NCBI GenBank assembly: GCA_965242925.1
Contig: CBDEUM010000029.1
Location: forward strand, 224,001-288,000
DNA: 64,000 nucleotides
Origin: Roseibacillus sp.
Lineage (GTDB): Bacteria; Verrucomicrobiota; Verrucomicrobiia; Verrucomicrobiales; Akkermansiaceae
Direction of reading: 5' to 3'
Of this stretch, positions 37,558 through 47,459 are shown in pieces. Positions within the stretch are counted from its first letter, which is position 1. Each line of letters opens with the position of its first letter. Made by a program: the position numbers and the translations under genes. Below the pieces are notes generated by a model that saw only the letters and a list, made by a program, of their open reading frames with translations, ran no database searches and was not told where the DNA came from.

Positions 37558-38583
37558 GTGCAGACACGCGTGGAAAATGCCGACTTTGAGAATTGGGGTG
37601 CCGCGGCCGGGGAGGCCGCCAAGGTGCTGGCCGCCGGCGAAGTGGTGGCGGTGCCGACCGAGACGGTCTATGGATTGGCGGCGGTGGCCTTCAACCCGAA
37701 GGCGGTGGCCAAGGTGTTCGAAGCCAAGGAGCGCCCGTCCTTTGATCCCCTCATTGTGCATCTGGCCGGCATCCGGGATCTCCACCGGGTGGCGGTGGTG
37801 CCGGAAGGACTCGAGGGGGTGGTACGCCAACTGGCGGAGGCTTTCTGGCCCGGTCCCCTTACTCTTGTGCTGCCGAAACACGAAGACGTTCCGGACCTGG
37901 TGACGAGCGGGTTGCCCACCGTGGCGGTGCGGGTGAGCAAGCACGAGGTGATGCGCTATCTTGCCAGGGAACTTGGTCCCATCGCCGCGCCCAGTGCAAA
38001 TCGCTTCGGACGTATCAGCCCGACTTCGGCCGGTGCGGTGATGAATGAACTGGAAGGCCGTATCCCGCTGGTCATCGATGGAGGGGCCTGCTCGGACGGC
38101 TTGGAGAGTACAATCGTGGCAGTGGAAGTCGGAGAGAAACGCCCCACCCTGCGACTGCTGCGTCCCGGGCCGGTTACGCGTGAGGATCTTCGAAAGTTTG
38201 GTCGGGTGGTGAAGGCCGGACGCGTGACCGACGATCGACCGGAGGCGCCCGGCACGCTGGAGTCGCATTACGCTCCGGGTGTGCCGGTCCTTCTCTTTGA
38301 CGACCCCGGGGAGTTCGAGCCGGAAGAGGGCAGGAACTACGCCCTCCTGAGTTACCGGGGTGATCCACGGGACGGCTATCTTGAGCGTCATGCGTGGACC
38401 AGGGTGGAAGTCCTCAGCCCTGGGAAGGGAAAGCTGGCAGAAGCGGCAGTGCGCTTCTTTTTCACCATGCGGGCCCTCGATACCGAAGGAATCGACGCCA
38501 TCGTGGCCGAACCGGTGAGCGATGTGGGGATCGGCTCCGCCATCATGGACCGTCTGCGACGTGCGGCGGCCAAGTCATCCTGA
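37558..38583 (+). CDS. tsaC: L-threonylcarbamoyladenylate synthase (Sua5 type)
   Basis: PTETVYGL, KERPSFDPLIVH, FWPGPLT, AAPSANRFG, APGTLESHYAP, AIMDRLRRAA. Confidence 0.95.
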   Translation: MQTRVENADFENWGAAAGEAAKVLAAGEVVAVPTETVYGLAAVAFNPKAVAKVFEAKERPSFDPLIVHLAGIRDLHRVAVVPEGLEGVVRQLAEAFWPGPLTLVLPKHEDVPDLVTSGLPTVAVRVSKHEVMRYLARELGPIAAPSANRFGRISPTSAGAVMNELEGRIPLVIDGGACSDGLESTIVAVEVGEKRPTLRLLRPGPVTREDLRKFGRVVKAGRVTDDRPEAPGTLESHYAPGVPVLLFDDPGEFEPEEGRNYALLSYRGDPRDGYLERHAWTRVEVLSPGKGKLAEAAVRFFFTMRALDTEGIDAIVAEPVSDVGIGSAIMDRLRRAAAKSS

Positions 38584-38644
38584 ATCCAGTGGTTCTGAGT
38601 ATGGGCATTGAACAACGGGCCTGATTCGGGCATTCTAGGCCCGG

Positions 38645-40738
38645 ATGTTGCGGGCGATGATGACGGTGTCCGGGTTCACTTTGGTGAGCCGGATTCTGGG
38701 ATTCGTGCGAGATATTCTGATTGCCCGGTTCATAGGGACCGGTCCAGTTGCGGATGCCTTCGTGGCGGCCTTCCGGTTTCCCAACATCTTTCGGCGCATC
38801 TTTGGGGAAGGGGCCTACAATGCCGCCTTCGTGCCGCTCTTTGGACGGAAACGGGAAGAGGAGGGGGAGGAGGCTGCAGTGAGTTTCGCTCGCAACACCT
38901 TTTCCGCCCTGGTCTGGGGGGTCGGGATTCTGACCCTGGTCGCGATTCCCTGCATGCACTGGCTCATGATGGCGGTCGTGCCCGGGTTCCTGCCCAAGTA
39001 TGAGGAGGACCTGGGCTCCATCGGACCCGGACAGGCCTTTCATGAACGTAAGGTCAATACGAGGGGTGCACGGGAGATTTATTTCCAGGTCACGGGGGAA
39101 TCGGAGGCTGCGGTGAGGCACTGGTCGGCGCGGACGAGGATAAAGGACATGCGCTTCGTCGATGCCGACGGGAAGGAGTTTCCGCTGCTGGCCAGGCTGG
39201 AGGCGAAGGAATCTCACATGATCCTGGGGGAAGATGAAGATCAGGTCGTGGATTCCAGCGGCTTCATCCGGACCCGTCTCGCCTTGAGTGGTGACAGTCA
39301 CAGTGGTGTCAGACGCGAAGTGGATCCGCGGGAACGGTTCTTCCCGAGAGAAGGAGAGAAGATCCTGGAGGTTGTCCACGGACTGGCATCCGGCGGTTTG
39401 GCACGCATCGTGTTGCCCGAGGGGCACCGACTGGAATCGTTCCATGTGCGGGTGGCGATCGATCCGGCATCCGGCGGTGCGGACTTTCCGCAGGCCACTC
39501 TGCGACTCTACCGCAATCATCCCGACAATTTCGATCTCACGGTGGCGCTCTCGCGCATCATGTTCTGCTACCTGTTCTTCATGGCGCTGGTGGCGCACCT
39601 GAGTGGGGTGCTCAATACCTTCAAGCATTTTGCCATGCCGGCGGCTGCGCCCATCCTGCTGAACATCGTGCTGGTGAGCGCACTGGGACTGACCTGGATG
39701 ATGCGCTGGGAGGGCGACCTTCAGATTGGGAAGACCCTTGCCTGGGGCGTGGCGCTGGCCGGGGTCCTGCAGTTTGCCGCCCTCTGGGTGACCTGTAGCC
39801 GTGCCGGGGCCGTCATGGTGCCCCACAAGCCGCTGTGGAATCCCGAACTTAAAAAACTCCTTCTCCTGATGGGACCGGGTGTGATTGCGGCTGGAATCCA
39901 GCAGGTCAATCTCCTGGTGGGTGGTATCATTGCCTCCTTCCAGCAGGGAGCGATTTCCACGCTTTATTATGCCGACCGGGTCAGCCAACTTCCCCTGGGG
40001 ATGATCGGGATTGCCCTGGGCGTAGTGCTCCTGCCCGAAGTAACTCGGCGCCTTCGCAGCGGCCGCGAAAGCGAGGCGGCCGACAGTATCCTGCGCGGGA
40101 TGGAGTTGGCCATGCTGCTGACCTTGCCTGCCACCGCCGCCATGATTGCCATTCACGAGCCATTGATCGGAGGACTCTTCGGGGGAGACAGGTTCGATGC
40201 GGAAGATGTCAGCAAAACGGGCTGGGCCCTGGCGGGATTCGCCCTGGGACTGCCCGGCTATGTCCTGATCAAGGTGCTGCAGCCGTCCTACTTCGCGCGC
40301 GAAAACACCAAGGCCCCCATGTTCATGGCGGGAGTGGCGGTGGCGGTGAACATTGTGTGCAGCCTGATCCTTTTCAATCTTCTGCGACCCACCGGATACG
40401 GCCACGTGGGGATCGCGGTCGCGACTGCAATTTCCGCCTGGGTGAACGTCGCCCTTCTCTGGCGCGGAATGGATGGATTCGTGAAGATCTCATCCGATGA
40501 GTGGAAGAGATTGATCCGTATGATCCTGGCCAGCGTGGTGATGGGAGGAGTGGTCTGGCTCGCGGGGATGGCCCTGGGTCCCTGGTTGTCCGGGACGCAG
40601 TGGCAGAAGATCATGGCATTGGTCCTGATTGTGGGCACGGGTATGACGGTCTACGGCATCCTTGCCCTCGCGATGCGGGCGACGTCCCTGGCGGCGCTCA
40701 GGGCGGGCTTCGATGAGGCGCGGTCATCCCCCAAGTGA
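38645..40738 (+). CDS. murJ: Lipid II flippase MurJ/MviN with a large inserted soluble domain
   Basis: SRILGFVRD, ADAFVAAFRFPNIFRRIFGEGA, YYADRVSQLPLG, YFARENTKAP; 697 aa versus roughly 510-520 aa for typical MurJ. Confidence 0.93.
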   Translation: MLRAMMTVSGFTLVSRILGFVRDILIARFIGTGPVADAFVAAFRFPNIFRRIFGEGAYNAAFVPLFGRKREEEGEEAAVSFARNTFSALVWGVGILTLVAIPCMHWLMMAVVPGFLPKYEEDLGSIGPGQAFHERKVNTRGAREIYFQVTGESEAAVRHWSARTRIKDMRFVDADGKEFPLLARLEAKESHMILGEDEDQVVDSSGFIRTRLALSGDSHSGVRREVDPRERFFPREGEKILEVVHGLASGGLARIVLPEGHRLESFHVRVAIDPASGGADFPQATLRLYRNHPDNFDLTVALSRIMFCYLFFMALVAHLSGVLNTFKHFAMPAAAPILLNIVLVSALGLTWMMRWEGDLQIGKTLAWGVALAGVLQFAALWVTCSRAGAVMVPHKPLWNPELKKLLLLMGPGVIAAGIQQVNLLVGGIIASFQQGAISTLYYADRVSQLPLGMIGIALGVVLLPEVTRRLRSGRESEAADSILRGMELAMLLTLPATAAMIAIHEPLIGGLFGGDRFDAEDVSKTGWALAGFALGLPGYVLIKVLQPSYFARENTKAPMFMAGVAVAVNIVCSLILFNLLRPTGYGHVGIAVATAISAWVNVALLWRGMDGFVKISSDEWKRLIRMILASVVMGGVVWLAGMALGPWLSGTQWQKIMALVLIVGTGMTVYGILALAMRATSLAALRAGFDEARSSPK

Positions 40739-40807
40739 AGGGAGGATCCGGCAAAATCGCGGTTGCGGGAATTGAAATGAGGCCTAGGTTCTCGGGCAGT
40801 TGCCCCG

Positions 40808-41443
40808 ATGAAGATTCGCGTGTTTTCCCAAGGCTCCCTGGTCTGCGTGGTGATCTGGGTGCTGGTTCTGGCGGCGCAGGGATATTTCCGGAGTCTGCGG
40901 AGCACGGCGGAGAACCTGGGGAAGATGGTGGAGAAGGAGGAATTTGCGGATTGGACCGCCAGCAAGGGTGAACCGGGAGGCGAAGAGCGGCAGTTGCGCG
41001 ATGGCCGGATCCGCGAGGTAGTGTCGCTGCTCGCCGGTCAGGAGTTCAATCCCGAGACCAGGATGCGGCTGACCGAACTGAAGGATCAGTTCTATTCCAG
41101 ATTGTCCCCGGGGGAGAGGAAACTGTTCGTGAACCTCGTCCTTGAGCAGATCGATCCCTACATCGTTCTCTTTGACGCTCTTCCTGTTGAGCGTCGCCGG
41201 AAACTCATCAAGCGAGCGGTAAGGGCCGCGAGGGAGGAACTTCCCCCGGAACTCCTGGGCAGTTACGAAATCCTGAGTGCCGGGGAGGAGCAGGAGAGGA
41301 TTGGTGAAACTGGATGGCGCAGGGCGATGAAGGGGAAGAGCCCTGACCAGATCATGGAATACCTGCAGCTGATCGAGATCGCGGGGGAGCTCATTCAGCG
41401 GCTGCGGATCCCGAAGTGGGAAGGACAGATTCGCGATGAGTGA
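40808..41443 (+). CDS. Hypothetical membrane-anchored helical protein
   Basis: N-terminal TM helix and charged helical body; overlaps the start of the ABC ATPase gene. Confidence 0.7.
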   Translation: MKIRVFSQGSLVCVVIWVLVLAAQGYFRSLRSTAENLGKMVEKEEFADWTASKGEPGGEERQLRDGRIREVVSLLAGQEFNPETRMRLTELKDQFYSRLSPGERKLFVNLVLEQIDPYIVLFDALPVERRRKLIKRAVRAAREELPPELLGSYEILSAGEEQERIGETGWRRAMKGKSPDQIMEYLQLIEIAGELIQRLRIPKWEGQIRDE

Positions 41444-42368
41444 AACTGATCCCGAAGTCATCCTGGAGGCGGTCAATCTCTCCAAATCCTTTGGCGGAAA
41501 ACCAGCCCTGCAGGATCTCTCCTTTTCCGTGCGGCGAGGAGAGATCTTCGGGTTGTTGGGCCACAACGGCGCGGGGAAGAGCACCGCTCTGGGCATCTTC
41601 CTCGGGATGGTGGAACCCGACGGGGGAGAGGCTCGCATCGGGGGGGAGTCAGTGCAGCGGAGAAGGGAGCGGGCCCTGCGGCAGGCGGGTGCGATATTCG
41701 AGGCACCTGCTTTCTACGATTATCTGAGCGGCTGGGAGAACCTCAAGGTTCTCATGAGTTACTCGGGAGGATTTGATGCGGACGCGGCGCAGCAGGTTGT
41801 GGAGGAGGTGGACTTGTCGGACCGGGTTCACTCCAGGGTTTCGTCCTACAGTCATGGGATGCGGCAGCGGCTGGCCCTGGCCCAGGCCCTCCTGCCGGAA
41901 CCGCGGCTCCTCCTGCTTGATGAGCCCACCGACGGCCTTGATCCCGAGGGGATCAAGTGGTTCCGCGACTTTATCCTGCGGTTGCGGGCAGAGCGCGGCA
42001 TCACGGTCCTCTTCAATTCGCACCTGCTTCCGGAAGTGGAGCAGATGTGTGATCGCGTCGCCATCGTGCGACGGGGTCGCAAGGTCTACGATGGAGAACT
42101 GGCAGGAATAGCAGATGACCACGTGAAGCTGGAAATCGAGGCCGATCCCGCCGAGCAGGCAAGTGCCTGCTACCGTAAACTGGGCGGGCGGGAGCTGGAG
42201 GAGGGCAGAAGGGTGATTTTTCCGGAGGGCACTGATCCGGCGGAGGTGGCCCGGGCGCTGATCAAGGCAGGGGTGGATCTGAGAAAACTGATTCCCGTGC
42301 GGCGTTCACTGGAGGATGTCTACCTGGAGGTAATTGGGTGTCTGGATGGAGAGGAAGGGGAGCAGTGA
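41436..42368 (+). CDS. ABC exporter ATP-binding protein
   Basis: GHNGAGKST, YSHGMRQRL, LLDEPTDGLDP, SHLL. Confidence 0.93.
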   Translation: MSETDPEVILEAVNLSKSFGGKPALQDLSFSVRRGEIFGLLGHNGAGKSTALGIFLGMVEPDGGEARIGGESVQRRRERALRQAGAIFEAPAFYDYLSGWENLKVLMSYSGGFDADAAQQVVEEVDLSDRVHSRVSSYSHGMRQRLALAQALLPEPRLLLLDEPTDGLDPEGIKWFRDFILRLRAERGITVLFNSHLLPEVEQMCDRVAIVRRGRKVYDGELAGIADDHVKLEIEADPAEQASACYRKLGGRELEEGRRVIFPEGTDPAEVARALIKAGVDLRKLIPVRRSLEDVYLEVIGCLDGEEGEQ

Positions 42369-43216
42369 AGCTCTTCCTGATCCAGTTACGCAGCGAGCTC
42401 AAGAAGCTCTTTGCGCGCCGTCGGACCTATATCGGATACGGCGCCTTCCTTGTTCTCGAGCTGGTTATCCTCTGGGTCTTTCATCTCGACGGGCCCCGCG
42501 AGGAGATAGCGAAGATTCTCTCGGACACCGGACTTGAGGTGGAGCACTACTATTCCGCACTCACCGTCACCTATTGGATGATCGGGTTCAGCATGGCAAT
42601 GCTCGGGGCGATCTACCTTGCGCTGGTTTCCGGAGATATAGTAGCCAAGGAAAGTGAGGACGGCAACCTGCGGATGGTGCTCGCCCGTCCCATCAGCCGA
42701 CTTCGGATCCTCACCCTCAAGTACCTTGCGGTCCTGATCTACACAGTGACCTTTGTCTGGTTTGTCGGGGTGTCTGGCTACCTCATGTCGTCCATCGCCC
42801 TGGGATGGGACGGCGGTCTTTTCGTATGGAATTACGATCTCAAGGTGTTCTCGTTTTTTCCCGCCGCGACTGTCGGGATCGGGCGACTCTCCCTGTCCCT
42901 GGTTTTTCTCAGCCTGAGCATGTTCACGCTGTCCTCGATTGGATTCGCCTTTTCCTGCCTCAGGATCAAGCCGGCGTCGGCAACCATCCTCGCCCTCAGT
43001 GTCCTCTTCGTTGACTCGGTCCTGCAGATGCTGCCCTTCATGGCTCCCTACCGGGAGCATCTGCTCACCTTCCGCATGAGCAACTGGATCTACGTCCTTG
43101 AGAACACGGTTTCCTGGGCCAAGCTGGCTGAGAATTATACCTTCCTGGTCGGGTTGGATCTCACTCTCTTTGTACTCGGCTGGATGGCATTCAAGGTGAG
43201 GGATTTCAAGACCTAG
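42365..43216 (+). CDS. ABC-2 type permease
   Basis: GTGA overlap; GDIVAKESEDGNLRMVLARPISR; about 6 TM helices; C-terminal RDF. Confidence 0.88.
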   Translation: MKLFLIQLRSELKKLFARRRTYIGYGAFLVLELVILWVFHLDGPREEIAKILSDTGLEVEHYYSALTVTYWMIGFSMAMLGAIYLALVSGDIVAKESEDGNLRMVLARPISRLRILTLKYLAVLIYTVTFVWFVGVSGYLMSSIALGWDGGLFVWNYDLKVFSFFPAATVGIGRLSLSLVFLSLSMFTLSSIGFAFSCLRIKPASATILALSVLFVDSVLQMLPFMAPYREHLLTFRMSNWIYVLENTVSWAKLAENYTFLVGLDLTLFVLGWMAFKVRDFKT

Positions 43217-43359
43217 GATCTCCGGGACCCTGGGTGGCCGGCCGTCGGCGGAGTGGAGGTCCTTCTGCCCGGTTATGCATTACTCCTGAGAGGATGGGGA
43301 ATTGGGCCGAGGGTCTTTCTTCAGTTGCTGTAGCGGCTGGTTGTGCTTGAGTCCCTTCG

Positions 43360-44430
43360 GTGACCAAACGAGAGAAGGAATTTTTGTTCGAGCTGCTGGA
43401 GACCCCGAGTCCGGTGGGATTCGAGATGCCGGGTCAGAGGGTATGGGCCGATTATGTCAGGAAGACCGCCGATGCGGTGGAATGCGATGCCTACGGCTCG
43501 ACCTGGGGGACTCTGGGGGAAGGCAAGAAGAGCGTGATGCTGGCGGCGCACGCTGACGAGATCGGCTACATGGTCAAGCAGATCACTTCGGATGGGTTTC
43601 TCCGGATCGATCGCCTGGGCGGAAGTGACAGTGCGACGGGTCGTGGGCGGCGGTTGCGTATCTTCGGTGACAAGGGTGAGGTGCCGGGGATCATCGGAAA
43701 TACGGCCATTCACCTGCGGGCTGATCTGGCCAATGAGAAGGCTCCCAAGTCTCACCAGCTCTGGGTGGATGTGGGGGCTTCCTCGGCGGAGGAGGCGGAA
43801 GGGCTCGGGATCCGAGTGGGGCATCCGGCGGTGTATTCAGACGGCCCGTTGGAACTGAACAGGCAGCGGGTGGTGAGCCGCGCCATTGATAACCGGATCG
43901 GGGGTTTCATCATCGCCCAGGTCATGAAGAAAGTGGCCGCAGCCAAGCGCAAACCCGCCTTCCAGCTTGTCTGTCTCAATGCGGTGCAGGAGGAGATTGG
44001 CGGCAATGGTGCGCTCATGGCGACCCATCGCCTGATGCCGGACGTGAGCCTTTGCCTGGATGTGACCCACGCCACCGATACCCCTGGCATCGACAATGCC
44101 CGGCACGGCCAGGTGAAGCTCGGGGGTGGTCCGACACTCACCCACGGAGGGGCCAACCACCCGTTGGTGATTGAGCGACTGGAGAAGGTGGCCAGGGCGA
44201 AGCGCATTTCGATCCAGCATGAGGCATCCAGTCGATTCACCGGGACGGATACCGATCGGATTTTCACGGTGCGCGAAGGAGTTCCGAGCGCCCTCGTTTC
44301 CCTTCCTCTGCGTTGTATGCACTCGGTGGTAGAGACTGCTGATCTGGGGGATGTGCAGCACACCATCAACCTGATGGCGGGCTTTGTGCTTTCGCTCCGG
44401 GCCCGGGAAAGTTTTCATCAAACACTGTGA
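43360..44430 (+). CDS. M42 family metallopeptidase
   Basis: TPSPVGFE, AAHADEIG, RAIDNRIG, QEEIG, DVTHATD, GTDTD, MHS. Confidence 0.92.
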   Translation: MTKREKEFLFELLETPSPVGFEMPGQRVWADYVRKTADAVECDAYGSTWGTLGEGKKSVMLAAHADEIGYMVKQITSDGFLRIDRLGGSDSATGRGRRLRIFGDKGEVPGIIGNTAIHLRADLANEKAPKSHQLWVDVGASSAEEAEGLGIRVGHPAVYSDGPLELNRQRVVSRAIDNRIGGFIIAQVMKKVAAAKRKPAFQLVCLNAVQEEIGGNGALMATHRLMPDVSLCLDVTHATDTPGIDNARHGQVKLGGGPTLTHGGANHPLVIERLEKVARAKRISIQHEASSRFTGTDTDRIFTVREGVPSALVSLPLRCMHSVVETADLGDVQHTINLMAGFVLSLRARESFHQTL

Positions 44431-46466
44431 ATCGGAGCGCGGTGATCAGGAACGCACTTTGTCTTGCCGCATTTGCTCTGGTGGGGACGGTTGTGCCGGT
44501 CCAGGCAATCGAACCGGGCAAAGCGGCGCTGGCATTCCTCGTTGACCTGCGTGATGAGGGGCGGGCGCTCGACGAATTGCTGAACGACAGCATGCTTTCA
44601 GCGCACACCGGAGAGATCCGCCGTTCCGCAATCTCCCAGCGGCTGGGTCGTGTCGGCCGCTATCTCCGCGACAACCATTACGAGTTGGAGGTGACGGACG
44701 AGAAGCGTGACGGCGACCTCGCGGCGGTGATCCTGACCGCGGTGAGCAGGCATGACCCGCTCGAAGTCGATGTCTTTGCCCTGGGATTGCGCGAGAAGAA
44801 GGATGTGCGCTGGAGGGTGGCGCCTGTGCCCGGCAGCTTTGACAATGTTGACCTGGGCTATGACGAGGCGCTGGAGAAGCGGGCAGAGGTTCTTGAGTTG
44901 TGGATGGGAGCAGAGCGTCTGGTGAGATTGCGCGCCCTTCACGAGGAGGTCCTCGGAGCCCTGCGTGAGCGCATGAACGGGGCGGTGCCCCGGGCCCGGA
45001 TCGAAGGGGCCGGGCCAGTCCAGTTGGTGACCGCCTTCGTGGAAGCCTGCAGGGAGGGGGATCTGCCGGCTGCGATGGTTCTTCTGGGGCAGTTCGAGGG
45101 GGAGCTTACGGAGGAAGACCGTCGCCTGCAACGCGTCATTTCGCGCGGACTGCAGGGGCTGGACCGTCGTGGTTACTGGCATCTCCTCACCAGTCCGGAT
45201 GTTGTCCGGGTGGCCGTGCAGGAAGACGGTGGGGACGATCTTGACGCGGAGGTGCTTCTGCTGATCTTCGACCCCGACCGCGGCAAGCCGGTGAGTCTGG
45301 TGCGCTTCGTTCTTCTTTATGCGGGTAAGCGCTGGACCATTGAGCTGCCGAACGGTCTGCGCCTGGCTGACGCGGACCGGGTCACCTTCCAGAGGGCGCT
45401 CCTCCGGGAGCAGGATTACGACGAGGACAATGAATTCCGGAACAAGTTTGAGAAGCAGTTTGAGGAGCAGCACGAACCGTCGCGAGCGGCCACCTTGAAG
45501 GAGGCCGGGGCCCGGATCGGAAAAATTCTAAAGGAGGGTTCTCTGGGGGATTTCTTCCGGTTCGTGCACCGCAGTGAGGATCTCAGCGGATCGGAGCGTC
45601 GCACGGCCTACCGCTATCTGGGAGCGTTCTGGAACGAATTCCAGAAGAACAGCAAGGCGGCTTCCGACGGCAAGTTGCTGGAGGTGATTGAACACGGGGA
45701 CGCGGGGGTTCTCGTGTTCCAGCTCATTTCCACAGCCCAGATCGAACGCCTCAATCTGACCCCCCTCGTCCTCATCAGGGATGAGAACGGCTGGGCTATT
45801 TCGCCGGGAGTGACCACGGGTGGCAACTATGCGAAGCTGGACGAGGGCAAGCGCGGGAGGCAGGGGGAAGTACGCCGCCGGTTTGAAGAGCAGAAGGACG
45901 AATTGACCAGAAAGGCGACCACCGAGCTGCTGAGCCACTTCGTGGAAGCCAGGGCCCAAGAGGGCAAGGTGGTCGGTGAGCGGGAAGCTGGCCAGCTGGT
46001 ACGAAAATTCCGGAACCTCCTGCGGGAGGGAAAACTGCTGGAGTCCTTCGAGTGCGGCTCGCTGCTCGATCCGGAAGAGGGCGTCTGGGAAGCCCTCAAG
46101 GCCATGAGTTACGAATATCGAGGGGCGCGGCAGTCCTCTACCCCCGATCGCGAAATCCAGGTAAAGGGCGGAAAGGCCTGGGCCGCAGTCACCCTGCGGG
46201 TCGATTCAGGCCCGGGATTGGAGCCGAATTATCCCATGTATCTCGTGGTGGCCACCACCGAAGGTCCCCGGATTGTGGTAGATGTGGGGTTGCGTCTCGC
46301 CACTAACAAGGGTCGCGAAGTGCTGAATAAGCGCGTTTGGGAACGGATTGATGCGCACCTCGAAGAACAGGAGAGCGCCCTTGTGCGAACCTTGTTTGAG
46401 GGACATGTTGAACAGAGCAAGATGGATCTGTCCGAATGGGAGAAGAGCAACAAATTGTCCCCCTGA
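44427..46466 (+). CDS. Secreted hypothetical protein with tandem NTF2-like repeats
   Basis: Signal peptide; four helix-plus-strand units ending WRVAP, WTIEL, WAISP, PRIVV; overlaps both neighbouring genes. Confidence 0.7.
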   Translation: MNRSAVIRNALCLAAFALVGTVVPVQAIEPGKAALAFLVDLRDEGRALDELLNDSMLSAHTGEIRRSAISQRLGRVGRYLRDNHYELEVTDEKRDGDLAAVILTAVSRHDPLEVDVFALGLREKKDVRWRVAPVPGSFDNVDLGYDEALEKRAEVLELWMGAERLVRLRALHEEVLGALRERMNGAVPRARIEGAGPVQLVTAFVEACREGDLPAAMVLLGQFEGELTEEDRRLQRVISRGLQGLDRRGYWHLLTSPDVVRVAVQEDGGDDLDAEVLLLIFDPDRGKPVSLVRFVLLYAGKRWTIELPNGLRLADADRVTFQRALLREQDYDEDNEFRNKFEKQFEEQHEPSRAATLKEAGARIGKILKEGSLGDFFRFVHRSEDLSGSERRTAYRYLGAFWNEFQKNSKAASDGKLLEVIEHGDAGVLVFQLISTAQIERLNLTPLVLIRDENGWAISPGVTTGGNYAKLDEGKRGRQGEVRRRFEEQKDELTRKATTELLSHFVEARAQEGKVVGEREAGQLVRKFRNLLREGKLLESFECGSLLDPEEGVWEALKAMSYEYRGARQSSTPDREIQVKGGKAWAAVTLRVDSGPGLEPNYPMYLVVATTEGPRIVVDVGLRLATNKGREVLNKRVWERIDAHLEEQESALVRTLFEGHVEQSKMDLSEWEKSNKLSP

Positions 46467-47416
46467 CGCGACCCGCTTTCGAGAAGGCTGTTGAAACGGC
46501 GCGCCGGCTGGAAGAGTCCGTCTGCCGCGTTCTTCTGGGACAGGAGCACACGGTGCGCCGGGTGCTGGCCTGTTTCGTTTCAGGCGGACATCTCCTCCTC
46601 GAGGATTATCCGGGCACGGGCAAGACCACCCTGGCCAAGGCCATAGCTGCCTCGGTCGGGGATGTGAAGTTTTCCCGCCTGCAGTTCACCCCCGATCTTC
46701 TTCCCTCCGATGTGCTGGGGGTATCGGTCTACGATCAGAAAACACAGGAGTTTCGCTTTCTGCCCGGCCCCGTATTCACTGACATCCTCCTCGCTGATGA
46801 AGTCAACCGGGCTTCCCCCCGCACACAGAGTGCCCTGCTGGAGTCGATGGCGGAGCGGCAGGTCACGGTGGATGGTCAGAAGTATGAACTGGACGGGCTC
46901 TTCTTCGTGGTGGCTACCCAGAACCCCGTTGAGTTCCGGGGGACCTACCCGCTCCCCGAGGCCCAAATGGACCGATTCACCATGCAGTGTGCCCTTGGCT
47001 ACGTTGAGCCCGAACATGAAGTAGCGATTCTCTCGGATCAGGCGCGGGATCATCCCCTTGACCGCCATGATCCGGTCGCCAACCGTGACGAACTCATGGA
47101 CCTTGTTGCCGCTGTCCGCGATGTTCGGCTCACGGACGATCTCAAGGAGTATATCGTGGCCCTGGTGGCCGCCACCAGGGAGTGTAAGGATGTGCAGCTG
47201 GCTGCCAGTCCCCGTGCTTCGCTGTCGCTCATGCGGGTGGCGCAGGCTCTTTCGCTCTTCGAGGGACGGGACTTTGTGGTGCCGGAAACCATTCAGGATC
47301 TAGCGGTGGACGTGATCGCTCACCGCCTCGTGGTGGAGCCCGAGGCGAAGTATTCCGGCCGTTCGGGGCGTGTTGTGGTGGAGAAACTGCTCCAGGAAAT
47401 TCCTGTCCCTGTCTGA
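46436..47416 (+). CDS. MoxR family AAA+ ATPase
   Basis: HLLLEDYPGTGKT, QFTPDLLPSD, ADEVNRASPRTQSALLE, ATQNP, PLPEAQMDRF, SPRAS. Confidence 0.95.
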   Translation: MGEEQQIVPLTRPAFEKAVETARRLEESVCRVLLGQEHTVRRVLACFVSGGHLLLEDYPGTGKTTLAKAIAASVGDVKFSRLQFTPDLLPSDVLGVSVYDQKTQEFRFLPGPVFTDILLADEVNRASPRTQSALLESMAERQVTVDGQKYELDGLFFVVATQNPVEFRGTYPLPEAQMDRFTMQCALGYVEPEHEVAILSDQARDHPLDRHDPVANRDELMDLVAAVRDVRLTDDLKEYIVALVAATRECKDVQLAASPRASLSLMRVAQALSLFEGRDFVVPETIQDLAVDVIAHRLVVEPEAKYSGRSGRVVVEKLLQEIPVPV

Positions 47417-47459
47417 AGAGCGGAGCTGGGCAGGACCGCACAGGAAAGGAGATCAAGTC

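Noticed and set aside
38996..39517. Intein as the explanation for the MurJ insert
   Set aside because: No Cys/Ser start, no His-Asn followed by Cys/Ser/Thr at the end, and no LAGLIDADG blocks.
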